A stretch of 58,087 bases of DNA from Nitrospinota bacterium (GCA_038108555.1 JAYNIA010000003.1:1-58087); one strand, 5' to 3'; numbered from the stretch's first letter, positions 46,952 through 57,645 are shown. Program-made: numbers and translations. Notes: generated by a model from the sequence alone, not told the origin.

Positions 46952-49900
46952 TTAGATTTTCACACGTACATATTGTCCCGCGAGATACATCTCAGCAAAA
47001 CGATCTTTCAACGGTGATTCCGGGGTGTAACCAGTTCGAACTGGTTCCCAGAGTCCTTTACCATGCAATCCACCATCTTCAGCTTTGGAGAATTTAACCA
47101 GGGTTTCTTTCGGTACTGCATTAACCGCATGGTTATCAGCTTCATAGCCGTGTTTGAACTTCATCTTGGTTTTTGCTTTATGGAACAGAGTATCTGTTTG
47201 ATGCATAGGCATCAACCAAGATCGCGTAATGGACTGCTGACCACCATACCGGAAGTTAGACTGGTAAGGTGTGGTCATTGACATCGCACGTCCGTCAGGT
47301 CGTTCTTCATGAGCCTTAACGGTACGCTCGGTGGCGGTCCATGTAGCATGTTTCATCATGGTGGTGTGATACGGATATGCAGGGTTGTACTTAGCCCGCA
47401 GCATCAGCCGTGCCACTTTGTACCTTGGATCAGAAGGCTTCCAACCCATGTATGGTCGATCCGCTGGGTTAGCGTCACAATATACATAGTCACCTTCGTT
47501 AATTCCGAGGTCTTTACACAAGAATGGATTCATGTGTACTTGCCATTCACCAACACCTGGAGAACGCTTATCCATTCGATAAGGATCACCGAAGTTGTTG
47601 TTCCAGATCATGTTCCAGTCAGTGGTTGCCCAAGAACTGTGAGCTGTATGTCGTGATTTTGGAGTTACACAATAGAATCGATACCCTTTTTCCCACAAGA
47701 AGTTTTTGGTCGTACGTACAGCAGACCAAGGCTTCTTGATGTTTCGAACGTGACGGAGATCCGGATCTTGCTCGTCTTCCGGAATACCGTAATCATCCGG
47801 TCGGATGTAAGGGTTGGTTGATACGATTACGTTCGGCAGATAAGGTGTAGCTTCAGGACCTTCTCTGTGAACGATGAAGTTTTCACCATACTCAATCGCT
47901 TCAGCTTCATCATTGTAGAACTGAATTCGGCCGTTAGGCGTGTAGTAAGGTTTAGACTCCGTGTACATTTCCCAGAAGGGAGAACGTGGATATGTTCTGA
48001 ACAGCATCAAACAAGCACCAGGCTCACCATAACGACCGTTGATGATGTCGTCGATGTTGTAACCCATACCTGTTGTAGATGTTGTGAACAACCGGCGAAT
48101 CATAGCTTTGGTTCGGTTAGGAGCGTCACCTTCATATACTTTCATATGATCAGCGAAACGCTTGTCACCAGTAACCTCTGCCAACCGGCGAGAGAATTCA
48201 CGGTGGATCAAGTTATCATCGATGGTATCGAAGATAGGCTTAATACCCGTGCCGCCCCAGATCTGATGGAACGGGTTAGAACAAGCAGAAGTGATTTCAT
48301 AACTTTCGAACTCTGCCCAGCTGTTCGGAGCAAGTACGATATCACTGTACTCACAAGAACCGGTGAACTCGATGTCCTGAGCTACGATCATGTCTACGTT
48401 GTTATTCGTGTTGAATACCAACTCATAGAACCACTTCGCGTTGTTGATAACGTTAACGTTAACAAACCATACCAGCTTGGTTGGGGTAGGCATGTGAGAA
48501 CGTCCGGTGAATACCTTTCGGCCATAGCGTGGGGTATTTACGATCAACGCTTTATCACGATGCGCCCAGTAGCTGACTTCCTCACCTTTCAGGTAACCTT
48601 TAACGTTCTTCCAGTCTACGTTCTGGGAAGCATCGAGAATGGTGTTGAAAGGATCTTCCGCAACCATAGCTGCAAAACCAGGTCCTGACCAGTGAGAACC
48701 CTGGTAGTTACCAGCCTTGTAGTTACCAGCCCATGTATGAGAGCCAGAACCTTTAGGACCGACATTACCAGTCAGCATCAGAGGTACATAAGACGCACGG
48801 TTATGCATCGTTGCATGGAAGTAATGGTTGATACCTTCACCGTAGTGGATTTCAACAGGTTTGATGGTACCAATGTCGCGAGCCAATCGAACGATCAGAT
48901 CTTTCGGCGCATGACAAATTTGATTGGTAGTATCAATGTCATAATCCTTCAGGTGAATTTTATACATTTCGTAAAGAGGCATTGCCGTAATGGTTTTGCC
49001 GTTTACGAGCTTAATGTCGAAAACACCGTCCAATGCAGGATCGATATTTTTCTTTCTCATTTTAGCGCCGATGTCTTCACGCGTAATGGCGACTGGCTTA
49101 TCTGTGTTGGTATCCCAAACAGTGAAGTCAGGCATCATGCTGCGGTTGAAGTTCTTCATCCACTTGGTGGTGAAGCCGTCTTTCGGCAGAGACTGAGCTT
49201 TGTAGCCCGGAATGAAATCATCCGGATGCAAGCGCACCAACGTGTCGGTTCGAACCAACAGAGGCATGTCTGTGTAGTCTTTTACGAAGTCGATGTCTAC
49301 AAGGCCTTCGTCCATAATGATCTTAGCAACACCCAAGAACAACGCGATATCAGCCAAACCAGCACGGGTCGGAACCCAGTAGTCAGCTTTCGTTGCAGGT
49401 GGGTTGTACTCAGGAGCGATAGAAACGAGGGTACCACCACGTTCCATGATCTCTGTGTACCAATGCGCTTCAGGCATTTTGTTTTCAATCAGGTTTTTAC
49501 CCCACTGAATGGTCATCTTCGCATAACGATGGTCAGCGAAGTCGATATCAGAGGTCTGCATTCCATGAGTCCAGGAATGTCCAGGAGCCTGATCACCATG
49601 CCAGGTGTAGTTGGACCATGCACGACCACCGAGTACTTTACCAGGACCACGACCACGAATGATGGAGTCCAGGAGAGCAACTTGGTTAGCCAAGCGATAG
49701 ATACCATACTTACCAACAACACCGAGAAGACCCATACCACCTCGATACTTAAAAGTACGAGGTCCGGATCCACCCATAGCTTCGATCATTTCAGGCTGGT
49801 AGCCTTCATTTTTCAGACGCTGCGCACCACGGGCACCACTGTAAGCTTTACCTACAGCAACGTGACCCTTAGCGATGTACGTGAAGGTCTGATCCCAGGT

Positions 49901-50413
49901 CAACCGAACGAATTCGTCAGTTCCCCGGCTTGTCATCTTATACTTTTCGCGGTTTTCTTTATCGAGATAAGGAAAACCATCATCCGCCCACTGCTTCCAG
50001 CCAACACGGATCATCGGATACTTGTTCCGATAAGGGCCATAAGCGCGGCGAGGATAGGTCATACCACGGAGACACATGCGGGGGTTCCACGCTGCGTCAG
50101 CTTGGTTACCATACAGATCGCGAATCTTGTGGTGATCGTAGTTCTGCTCGATACGCATCAAGATGCCGTTTCGTACGAAACCACGTACGCGACATTGATG
50201 GGTGTCGTTCGGCGAACAACAATACGTAAAAGATCGCTCATACTTGTACTGATCACGGTAGACTTCTTCCCACCGTCGGTCAGGATAGGATTCCAGCGGA
50301 TTCCCAACTTTAACTACGGGCTTCAGCTGTGCTCCAACCCTCTTGCTCGTCAATGCCATAGCTGTCGCTACACCAGCACTCACCTGCAAGAACTTACGTC
50401 TGTTTAACCTCAT
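46952..50413 (-). CDS. nxrA: nitrite oxidoreductase alpha subunit (type II Mo-bisPGD, Tat-exported)
   Basis: GGAGG RBS; RRKFL Tat motif; FS0 motif CSPNDTHQC...C; NYTWHGD; TPKSRHTAHSSW. Confidence 0.97.
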   Translation of the reverse strand: MRLNRRKFLQVSAGVATAMALTSKRVGAQLKPVVKVGNPLESYPDRRWEEVYRDQYKYERSFTYCCSPNDTHQCRVRGFVRNGILMRIEQNYDHHKIRDLYGNQADAAWNPRMCLRGMTYPRRAYGPYRNKYPMIRVGWKQWADDGFPYLDKENREKYKMTSRGTDEFVRLTWDQTFTYIAKGHVAVGKAYSGARGAQRLKNEGYQPEMIEAMGGSGPRTFKYRGGMGLLGVVGKYGIYRLANQVALLDSIIRGRGPGKVLGGRAWSNYTWHGDQAPGHSWTHGMQTSDIDFADHRYAKMTIQWGKNLIENKMPEAHWYTEIMERGGTLVSIAPEYNPPATKADYWVPTRAGLADIALFLGVAKIIMDEGLVDIDFVKDYTDMPLLVRTDTLVRLHPDDFIPGYKAQSLPKDGFTTKWMKNFNRSMMPDFTVWDTNTDKPVAITREDIGAKMRKKNIDPALDGVFDIKLVNGKTITAMPLYEMYKIHLKDYDIDTTNQICHAPKDLIVRLARDIGTIKPVEIHYGEGINHYFHATMHNRASYVPLMLTGNVGPKGSGSHTWAGNYKAGNYQGSHWSGPGFAAMVAEDPFNTILDASQNVDWKNVKGYLKGEEVSYWAHRDKALIVNTPRYGRKVFTGRSHMPTPTKLVWFVNVNVINNAKWFYELVFNTNNNVDMIVAQDIEFTGSCEYSDIVLAPNSWAEFESYEITSACSNPFHQIWGGTGIKPIFDTIDDNLIHREFSRRLAEVTGDKRFADHMKVYEGDAPNRTKAMIRRLFTTSTTGMGYNIDDIINGRYGEPGACLMLFRTYPRSPFWEMYTESKPYYTPNGRIQFYNDEAEAIEYGENFIVHREGPEATPYLPNVIVSTNPYIRPDDYGIPEDEQDPDLRHVRNIKKPWSAVRTTKNFLWEKGYRFYCVTPKSRHTAHSSWATTDWNMIWNNNFGDPYRMDKRSPGVGEWQVHMNPFLCKDLGINEGDYVYCDANPADRPYMGWKPSDPRYKVARLMLRAKYNPAYPYHTTMMKHATWTATERTVKAHEERPDGRAMSMTTPYQSNFRYGGQQSITRSWLMPMHQTDTLFHKAKTKMKFKHGYEADNHAVNAVPKETLVKFSKAEDGGLHGKGLWEPVRTGYTPESPLKDRFAEMYLAGQYVRVKI

Positions 50414-50818
50414 ATACAAACCTCCTTGTGAAACTTGGAAATTTTGAGCCCGGCTAAGACCGAACCCTTTTTCACAACTACTTCACACTACTACTGCTGT
50501 ACTTCTGCGGGTTACATGGACTCCTGTCCAATCCCCCATTTAAAACTAAAAAAACTTCAAAAACCTACCACTTAAAAAAACAAACTAAACACTCAAACAA
50601 CTATCAAAAAACTCGAAAAAAAATAAACAGCGAAACACGGGAAACCCGCGTCTGATCACGTCGAAACAGACCTCAAAAAACGAGGGGCGCAAACGCTACC
50701 TTAGGAAAACTCGCTTACGTTTCTTCAAAATAATAAGAGGCGAATCCTCCTGAAAATTCCCATTTTTTTTGACCTGAATATCGAATAAATTTTGTTACCT
50801 TTTCTCTTGATGAGGCAC

Positions 50819-50848
50819 AGTTTAATGGAATTTCAAGCAAAATGTCAA
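50819..50848 (-). promoter_or_regulatory. putative sigma70 promoter of nxrABC
   Basis: TTGACA-N18-TAAACT on the minus strand, about 400 nt upstream of nxrA. Confidence 0.6.
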
Positions 50849-51270
50849 GGAAATATCCGGGAATAAAAAATTAAAATTCCTACCTAAAATATGGGTCAAA
50901 TTCTTAAAAATTTCATAAAAAAATTCATTTTTTTTGAAAAAAATTTTTTCTTTATAAGCTCTTATAAATAAAGGGGTTTCTATCATTTTTACAGGAAAAA
51001 CAAGGTTTACATTGTATTTCTCTTTGCTAAAAAAACAAAAAACATCGAAAAATCAACAGTTTCTGCAAGTTTTTTTCGGTTTTCCGGGATTGTAAATCCA
51101 TTCAAAAAAAACTAAAAATTTTTCTAAAATATTGTAATTTTTCCCTAAAAAAAATTTTTTGAATATTTTTGGAACCTTGCGGGTCCCTCAATGAAAAATA
51201 TGCCCCAAAGAATTGCCAAAATTAAAATTGGATTGGAGTATAATCTCCAATTTTCTTGGGGGAGATCGAA

Positions 51271-51756
51271 ATGAAAAAAAACTTGGTGGCCCTTTACCCG
51301 GGAACTTTTGATCCGGTAACTTTTGGCCATATTGATATAATGCGCCGGGCTCTTAAGATTTTTGACCGGCTGATTGTCGCTGTTGCCCTGAACCCAAATA
51401 AGGGACCTTTGTTTCCTTTGGATACACGGGTGAAATTTATTAAGGATGCGACCAAAAATCTGAAAAACATTGAGGTCGTCTCTTTTAATAACCTGCTTAT
51501 CAACCTGGCACACTCTAAGAAGGCATCGGTGGTTATAAAAGGTTTAAGAGCCATCAGTGATTTTGAGTTTGAACTGCAAATGGGTTTGATGAACCGGACT
51601 CTCGATGAAAAAATTGAAACTTTATTCATGATTCCCAGTCAGGAGTTTTCTTTTTTAAGCTCCAACCTTGTCAAAGAAACAGCGCGCCACGGCGGCGATG
51701 TTTCTAAACTGGTCACAAAATTTGTTTACAAAGAACTGAAGAAAAAGTTTTCCTGA
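51271..51756 (+). CDS. coaD: pantetheine-phosphate adenylyltransferase
   Basis: YPGTFDPVTFGH, GLRAISDFEFE, LSS.LVKE. Confidence 0.97.
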   Translation: MKKNLVALYPGTFDPVTFGHIDIMRRALKIFDRLIVAVALNPNKGPLFPLDTRVKFIKDATKNLKNIEVVSFNNLLINLAHSKKASVVIKGLRAISDFEFELQMGLMNRTLDEKIETLFMIPSQEFSFLSSNLVKETARHGGDVSKLVTKFVYKELKKKFS

Positions 51757-51799
51757 AATTTTCCTTACTAAAACCGTTTAACACAACCCAATAAAAGTT

Positions 51800-52996
51800 A
51801 TGAAATTTTCAAATCGCATTGAGCAAGTAAAACCATCGATGACTTTGGCGATCGATGCAAAAGCCAAAGAGATGAAAGCGCAGGGAGAAGACGTCATTGG
51901 CTTCGGAGCAGGGGAGCCGGACTTCAACACTCCCGAACGAATCAAGCAGGCTGCCATCCGCGCTATTGAAGCAAACGATACGCATTACACTCCGGTCGGC
52001 GGAACCTTTGAACTGAAAGATGCCATCATCACAAAAATGAAACGGGATAATGGATTAGACTACGACCGAAGCCAGATTCTAGTTTCATGTGGAGCCAAAC
52101 ATTCTTTCTATAACCTGGCGCAAGCTATGTGGGAAGAGGGCGATGAGGTCATCATCCCCGCTCCTTACTGGGTTTCATTTCCGGAGATGGTGGTTTTATC
52201 GGGAGCCAAACCGGTCATCATCGATACCAATGCGAGTAACAATTTTAAAATCACAGTCGATCAAATTAAAGAAGTCCTGACTCCCAAAACACGCGCGATC
52301 CTGATCAACACTCCGAGCAATCCCACAGGATTCGCCTACGAAAAATCGGAACTGGAAGCAATCGCAGCATTTGCTTTGGAAAATAATCTGCTGATGATCT
52401 CGGATGAAATTTATGAGTGGATTATTTTCGATGACTTCAAACACACCAGCATTGCCTCCCTGAGCAAAGAGGCGCAGAAAAACTGTGTCGTCATCAACGG
52501 CGTTTCCAAATGCTATGCGATGACCGGTTGGAGAATCGGTTACATCGCCGCCGACGCGGAGATCGTCAAAAGAGTTCAAAAGCTACAGGGGCAAAGCACC
52601 TCGGGTCCCTGTTCCATTTCCCAGGCAGCCAGTGTGGAAGCGTTAGTCGGACCGCACGATGATGTTCAGGAAATGGTGCGTGAGTTTGAAAAGAGAAGAA
52701 ATATTATGGTCGATCAACTGGCAGCCATTCCAGGGGTGGAATGTCGCAGACCGAATGGATCGTTTTATTCCTTTCCGGATTTCTCCGGTCTCTATGGAAA
52801 GAAAGATCGTAACGGGAAAGAACTTCAAGGCTCGTTGGACTTCACCGAGTTCCTTTTGACGGAGAAGAAAGTCGCCATCGTCCCTGGCATCGCATTCGGT
52901 GCCGACGCGAACGCACGTATGTCTTTCGCAACTTCGCTGGATAAAATTGAGGAAGGGGTCAAACGTATTAAAGAAGCGGTGGAACTCTTAGGGTAA
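51800..52996 (+). CDS. class I PLP aminotransferase (aspartate aminotransferase-like)
   Basis: GEPDF, GAK, PSNPTG, DEIY, SKCYAMTGWRIG. Confidence 0.93.
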   Translation: MKFSNRIEQVKPSMTLAIDAKAKEMKAQGEDVIGFGAGEPDFNTPERIKQAAIRAIEANDTHYTPVGGTFELKDAIITKMKRDNGLDYDRSQILVSCGAKHSFYNLAQAMWEEGDEVIIPAPYWVSFPEMVVLSGAKPVIIDTNASNNFKITVDQIKEVLTPKTRAILINTPSNPTGFAYEKSELEAIAAFALENNLLMISDEIYEWIIFDDFKHTSIASLSKEAQKNCVVINGVSKCYAMTGWRIGYIAADAEIVKRVQKLQGQSTSGPCSISQAASVEALVGPHDDVQEMVREFEKRRNIMVDQLAAIPGVECRRPNGSFYSFPDFSGLYGKKDRNGKELQGSLDFTEFLLTEKKVAIVPGIAFGADANARMSFATSLDKIEEGVKRIKEAVELLG

Positions 52997-53026
52997 TTCC
53001 GCCGCTATCCTACAAAGACATCATCC

Positions 53027-53266
53027 CTAACAAGGGGGTGCATCCGAATTGGCAGCAACGCTGGCTTTGTGGTCTTTGATCCGCTCTTCAATCTTTGCTC
53101 GGCACCTTTTGGCTTTACAGTTTCCGGTTCCGACACCAATTTTTCTTCTCAGTGCCTCAAAAGTCAAACAACCTTCCTGTATAGCCGCCATGATGGTACC
53201 GGCTTTGATGCTGCGGCAAAGACATACCTTCTTAAAATTGTCTATTAAGTGTTTTTTTGATTCCAA
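53027..53266 (-). CDS. BFD-like [2Fe-2S] binding protein
   Basis: VCLCRSI...G.GNC...RC. Confidence 0.82.
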   Translation of the reverse strand: MESKKHLIDNFKKVCLCRSIKAGTIMAAIQEGCLTFEALRRKIGVGTGNCKAKRCRAKIEERIKDHKASVAANSDAPPC

Positions 53267-53388
53267 AATATATATAGTTCCCGTTATGATTCAAACGGGC
53301 TTTTTATTTATATTAAATATAGATCCCAAGTGCTAAAAACATTCAATTAAAAGCACTGTAATCCACTAAATATTGTAAACCACTCCTC

Positions 53389-54945
53389 TTGAAATACCTA
53401 ACACTTAAAGAAATTAAACCTTTCCTGCTATCCGCCTTGAGCGGGATACTGCTCACCCTGACTTTTCCCACGTTCAATATCGAAATTCTGGCGTGGATCG
53501 CCTGGATTCCCCTATTTTTAGCTATGGAAAATGCCACTCCACAGAGAGCCGCGTTGCTGGGATTTTTCACGGGGATGGTTTTCTATAATTGGGGGCTAAA
53601 CTGGATCAACAATACTCTCATTAATTATGGCAACCTGCACTGGTTTTTAAGCTATTGTGCCCTGAGCCTTCTTGCGGCCTATTTGTCTTTAATTATTGGG
53701 CTTTTCTGCTATTGGGTGCGACGCGCCAGTGGAGAAAACCGCATCCATTTCTTCATCTTTGCCCCTCTTTTGTGGACTTCTCTGGAGTATCTTCGGTCCA
53801 CCCCAGAGAAGCTCGGATTTTCCTGGCTGGGCCTGGGGTATTCGCAATTTCAAAATCTGCCCGTCATCCAACCAGCGGAATGGACTGGTGTGTACGGCAT
53901 TTCCTGGCTCATCCTTATGGTGAACAGTGGGATTTATTTGTCCTGGAAATGCTGGCGGGAGCAAAAACAGAACAAATTTGAAATCATAACGGGATGGAGG
54001 ATTTTATCGACCACCCTTCTTATTTTTTCCTTATGGTTGTTTTATGGAAACCTTATGTGGAAAGAAACCCGGGCTTCAACTGTAGACCGGCCGCATTCGA
54101 AAATGGCCCTGATTCAGGGAAACATTGAGCAGTTCATGAAATGGAATCCCATTTACCAGGGCAAGGTCATTAACAAGTATAAGGATTTAACTTTAAAAGC
54201 AGCCAAAGAAGAACCTTCCCTAATCATCTGGCCGGAAACAGCAACGCCTTTCTATTTCGAAGAAAACGAATTGGAAACCAAAATGGTAAGGGACCTTGCA
54301 AGGGAAATAAAAATTCCGATTCTATTTGGCAGTCCACGCCGCGAAAAAATTAACGACGAAATAGTCTACTTTAACAGTGCCTACCTTGTTTCCGATTCGG
54401 GTGAAACATTAAGCCGGTATGACAAGATGCATCTGGTTCCTTTTGGGGAGTTCGTTCCTTTTCGGAAACTTTTATTCTTCATTGAAAAGCTGGTAGTGAT
54501 GGTCGGTGATTTCGGACGCGGTAAAGAAGCCACGGTCATGGAAGCAGCAGGGGATAAAGCAGGGGTGTCGATCTGTTACGAAATGATTTTTCCAGACTTG
54601 ATCCGGCAAGCGGTAAAAAACGGTGCCAACTTTTTAGTGAATATCACCAACGATGCCTGGTTCGGAAAAAGTGCGGCCTCTTACCAGCATATGAGCATGG
54701 GCGCATTGCGAGCCGTGGAAAACCGCGTGCCCATCCTTCGTGCCGCCAACACCGGCATCTCCGGAAATATAGAAGCGACAGGAAAAATAAGAGATGAGAC
54801 GGAATTGTTTGTCGATGACTTTCGCATTACCCTCATCGCCCCAGCAACCGGAAATAAAACCTATTACAGTCTCAACGGCGATGTCTTCAGCTGGGTTTGC
54901 CTGACCCTAACGGGCCTGGCAGCAATTCTTTTCCGTAAAAAATAA
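53389..54945 (+). CDS. lnt: apolipoprotein N-acyltransferase
   Basis: QGNI, WPET, YFNS, YDK.HLVPFGE, ICYE, TNDAWFG, RAANTGIS. Confidence 0.96.
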   Translation: MKYLTLKEIKPFLLSALSGILLTLTFPTFNIEILAWIAWIPLFLAMENATPQRAALLGFFTGMVFYNWGLNWINNTLINYGNLHWFLSYCALSLLAAYLSLIIGLFCYWVRRASGENRIHFFIFAPLLWTSLEYLRSTPEKLGFSWLGLGYSQFQNLPVIQPAEWTGVYGISWLILMVNSGIYLSWKCWREQKQNKFEIITGWRILSTTLLIFSLWLFYGNLMWKETRASTVDRPHSKMALIQGNIEQFMKWNPIYQGKVINKYKDLTLKAAKEEPSLIIWPETATPFYFEENELETKMVRDLAREIKIPILFGSPRREKINDEIVYFNSAYLVSDSGETLSRYDKMHLVPFGEFVPFRKLLFFIEKLVVMVGDFGRGKEATVMEAAGDKAGVSICYEMIFPDLIRQAVKNGANFLVNITNDAWFGKSAASYQHMSMGALRAVENRVPILRAANTGISGNIEATGKIRDETELFVDDFRITLIAPATGNKTYYSLNGDVFSWVCLTLTGLAAILFRKK

Positions 54946-54949
54946 ATCT

Positions 54950-55792
54950 TTAACCTTCCGTTAAATGGTTCAGCAATAGTTCTATATTTTGGTCGCCGGG
55001 TTTTACTTTTATAAACCCTTCGATGTCCCCTTTGCCGACACGGGCATCGCCATCGGCATCAATCCTTCCTGTTAACAACATCGGTCCTTCAAAAGGGGTT
55101 CCGGGAATCATAATGTCCTGCGGTCCCAAGGAAAACTGTGACGGAATTTTAATTTCAGGAATTCTTTGCACTGCTAATGGAGGACCGCGCTGCACATCGA
55201 GATTTCTTACAAATAAAAACAGAGTAGCGTTTTCTGGAATTTTGTTTTTAAGGGCTTCACTGACAGTAACCATTCCTTGAATGTTGAGGGTCTTTCCTTC
55301 CACCACGGTATCGAGAATTATTTTCACACCTTTTTCGCCGGCTTTTACGGAAACTTTGCCTTCAATGTCCCCCGGACTGGATTTTCGATTTCCGTCCTGA
55401 TCGAGTCTCGCTGTGAGGGTCAAATTTCCCTCAAATACACTGTCTGGCATCATGGTATTCAGCTGTCCGATCTCAAATTCAAAGGGAAAATCGAAAATTC
55501 CGTGCTTTCGAACCGCCAGCGGAGGACCGGCCTCAACTCCCTCGGGACGGGCAAAAATGAACAATCCGGCACTGGGATGGATCGTGGAACTGACGCCTGG
55601 AGCGATTGAAATAGTGCCGGAAACATCATTTTTATGGGCATTTGGGTCACTTTTCCGGGCAAATTCCTTCTTCAAGCTTTCTGGAAGGGGGTGTTCCTTC
55701 GTCTTCCTGTCACAACCGATAATTGTGAAAAATATACAGATACACCAAAATATTGCTAATTGTTTCAAAACGTTCCTCCGATAAGACGTCAT
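54950..55792 (-). CDS. lipoprotein with two CcmI/CycH C-terminal-like domains
   Basis: Lipobox IIGC; repeated LFxFxR...GPPLAV...P..F...MMP/MIP...ARLD/GRID.DG....GDIEG. Confidence 0.78.
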   Translation of the reverse strand: MTSYRRNVLKQLAIFWCICIFFTIIGCDRKTKEHPLPESLKKEFARKSDPNAHKNDVSGTISIAPGVSSTIHPSAGLFIFARPEGVEAGPPLAVRKHGIFDFPFEFEIGQLNTMMPDSVFEGNLTLTARLDQDGNRKSSPGDIEGKVSVKAGEKGVKIILDTVVEGKTLNIQGMVTVSEALKNKIPENATLFLFVRNLDVQRGPPLAVQRIPEIKIPSQFSLGPQDIMIPGTPFEGPMLLTGRIDADGDARVGKGDIEGFIKVKPGDQNIELLLNHLTEG

Positions 55793-55984
55793 AAGGCTTG
55801 GGAATTATACCGGATCAATAGCTTGACAACCTGATACGAGAATCTGATTAGTATCAGGAGATCCACAAAAAAATTTCAAATGGCCCAGGCAGACTGAACC
55901 CGAAGGATTCGGCGTTCTATATGAAATATGGCAGAGCGCATAAGTTTGGGAGTCTGAAAAGGCCTTCAAGTTTTGGAGCGTAAC

Positions 55985-56179
55985 ATGTTTCACGAAGTAA
56001 GAATATTCGACAAAAAAGGAAAAGTGAAGAAAGTCCTTTCCAGTCAGAAGCTCAGTAAAGATTACTGGAATGCATTTTTCCAGATGGGGGAACCCATCAA
56101 AGGTAAAGGTAAGAAAGGCGAGCAAAAAGATCAGGATATGATCGATTGCGATGATGAAGACCTTTCTTCCGATACTTAA
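55985..56179 (+). CDS. small hypothetical protein
   Basis: GGAG RBS; MFHEVRIFDKKGKVKKV resembles the N-terminus of 18291-18596. Confidence 0.7.
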   Translation: MFHEVRIFDKKGKVKKVLSSQKLSKDYWNAFFQMGEPIKGKGKKGEQKDQDMIDCDDEDLSSDT

Positions 56180-56388
56180 AATAAGAATAGCCGCAAGTTA
56201 ATTGCGAAGCAACAGATAAAGGGAAATTTCAATTACTGGCTGACTCCTAATCCTCCACCAAGGTTGAGTTGACAATAAATTGAGATTTCCCAATACGTGG
56301 GAGGCAAATCCAGGAGGGGTCCGCCTCCCACGTGCCCCTTATTTTCTTTCCGGAAACACCTTCCGCATAAAACTTCTATTTTAAAAAA

Positions 56389-57645
56389 CTATCGGGTTTC
56401 AATACGATCGATAAATTCGAAAATTTCCTCTGCCATTTCATCGAAGGAAGGGTTGAAGGTCAAACGGCGAATGACATAATTTTTCCTGTTTTCTTTAATG
56501 TGCTCTCCATACATTAATCTGTTTTTTCCAATCTCCCCTTCCCTACAAATCTTTAAATTAGGATCGTCCTGCTCCTCTGCATTATTGGATTTGGAATAAA
56601 CCAAACAACTTTTATACTCCCCGTTTCTGCCGTAGTAGTCATTATCCGGGGACATCGGCAAAGACAAATGCGCATAATCCAAAATTCCTGCTTCAAGGTT
56701 TTTGATTCGCTTGACAAAGAGTCCTGGGCAGGTTTTTTTAGGGTCACCATTGGCGGTATACCAGTTCAATCGATTATTTTTGTTCTCCATTTCCTTGCAG
56801 AAAAACTCCCTGGCGAGATCGGGGTCGACAGTAGAATCCGCAGAACTGATGGCCATAAAGGTGGGAATGGTTATATCTGGTTTTTCATCGGCCAGGTACC
56901 GCATGCTTTGAGCGAGGGAATGGAACTGAGCCCCCGCATTTGCACAAAAGGATTCGTATTTCACTTTGTCTTCATCCGGGTGAATATCCAGCCACCCTGT
57001 TTTCGGATTAATATCACCAATGCGCGCAACAAACTGGGCTGCAAATCCCAGGGCGGTATTCTCTTTGATTCCCGGTGCCAACAAAACCAGTCCCTTAATA
57101 TTTTCAGGATTGTTCTTTCTTAAAACATGGTGCAATGATAATGTCCCACCCGTTGAAAATTCTACCAGAATTAGTTTTTCAACTTTACCGTTGAAGCTTT
57201 CGACCCCCTTATCGATGGCTCGCACCCATTACTGGTAATCAATATGCAAAAGGTCGCCGGGAAGGGTTCCATGCCCCGGTAAAAGGATGGACCGCACCCA
57301 GAAACAGTTTTCCCTAAATCTTTCCCCAATATCCCGCATCAGGAAAGGGCTATCGGTAAGACCATGGATCAATAAAACTCCGGGCTTGGATGCTCTACAT
57401 TTTGCGGGATCAGGTTTGTATTCGAAGGGAAGCCGTTTCTCGATCCAACGATCTTCCAGGTTTTCTTTGGAGGTGGCCTGTTTGATTTGTTTTTTTACAT
57501 CACTTATATAATTTGCAAAATCTTTTTCAGGTAAAGGGGTTTTTATTTTGGAGGGCTGATGTTTGAAATTTAAAGTACCGCTACATGCATTCAGGATTAA
57601 GACGAAAAACAACAAATAAGCTCGCATTTGATTTTTTTGGATCAT
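56389..57645 (-). pseudogene. alpha/beta hydrolase lipoprotein split by an in-frame TAA at 57229-57231
   Basis: LIHGLTDSPF and LLPGHGT in the 5' part; CAG-TAA-TGG-GTG then continues in frame to xFSTGG, D and H residues. Confidence 0.82.

Noticed and set aside
47867-50407. Very long + strand ORFs (273 aa and 571 aa) antisense to nxrA
   Set aside because: They mirror the nxrA codon frame. Strong codon bias in a highly expressed gene removes antisense stop codons, and the products have no motifs or RBS.
44459-50413. Different base composition of nxrABC as evidence of recent horizontal transfer
   Set aside because: Better explained by expression-optimised codons; there are no mobility genes or flanking repeats.
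50484-50540. 18-codon uORF (MGDWTGVHVTRRSTAVVV) in the nxrA leader
   Set aside because: No Shine-Dalgarno sequence and no informative residue bias; it cannot be supported without conservation data.
50620-50705. c-di-GMP-I riboswitch-like words (GCGAAAC, GGGCGCAAA)
   Set aside because: They are on the strand opposite nxrA and the spacing and pairing do not fit. An Rfam scan would settle it.
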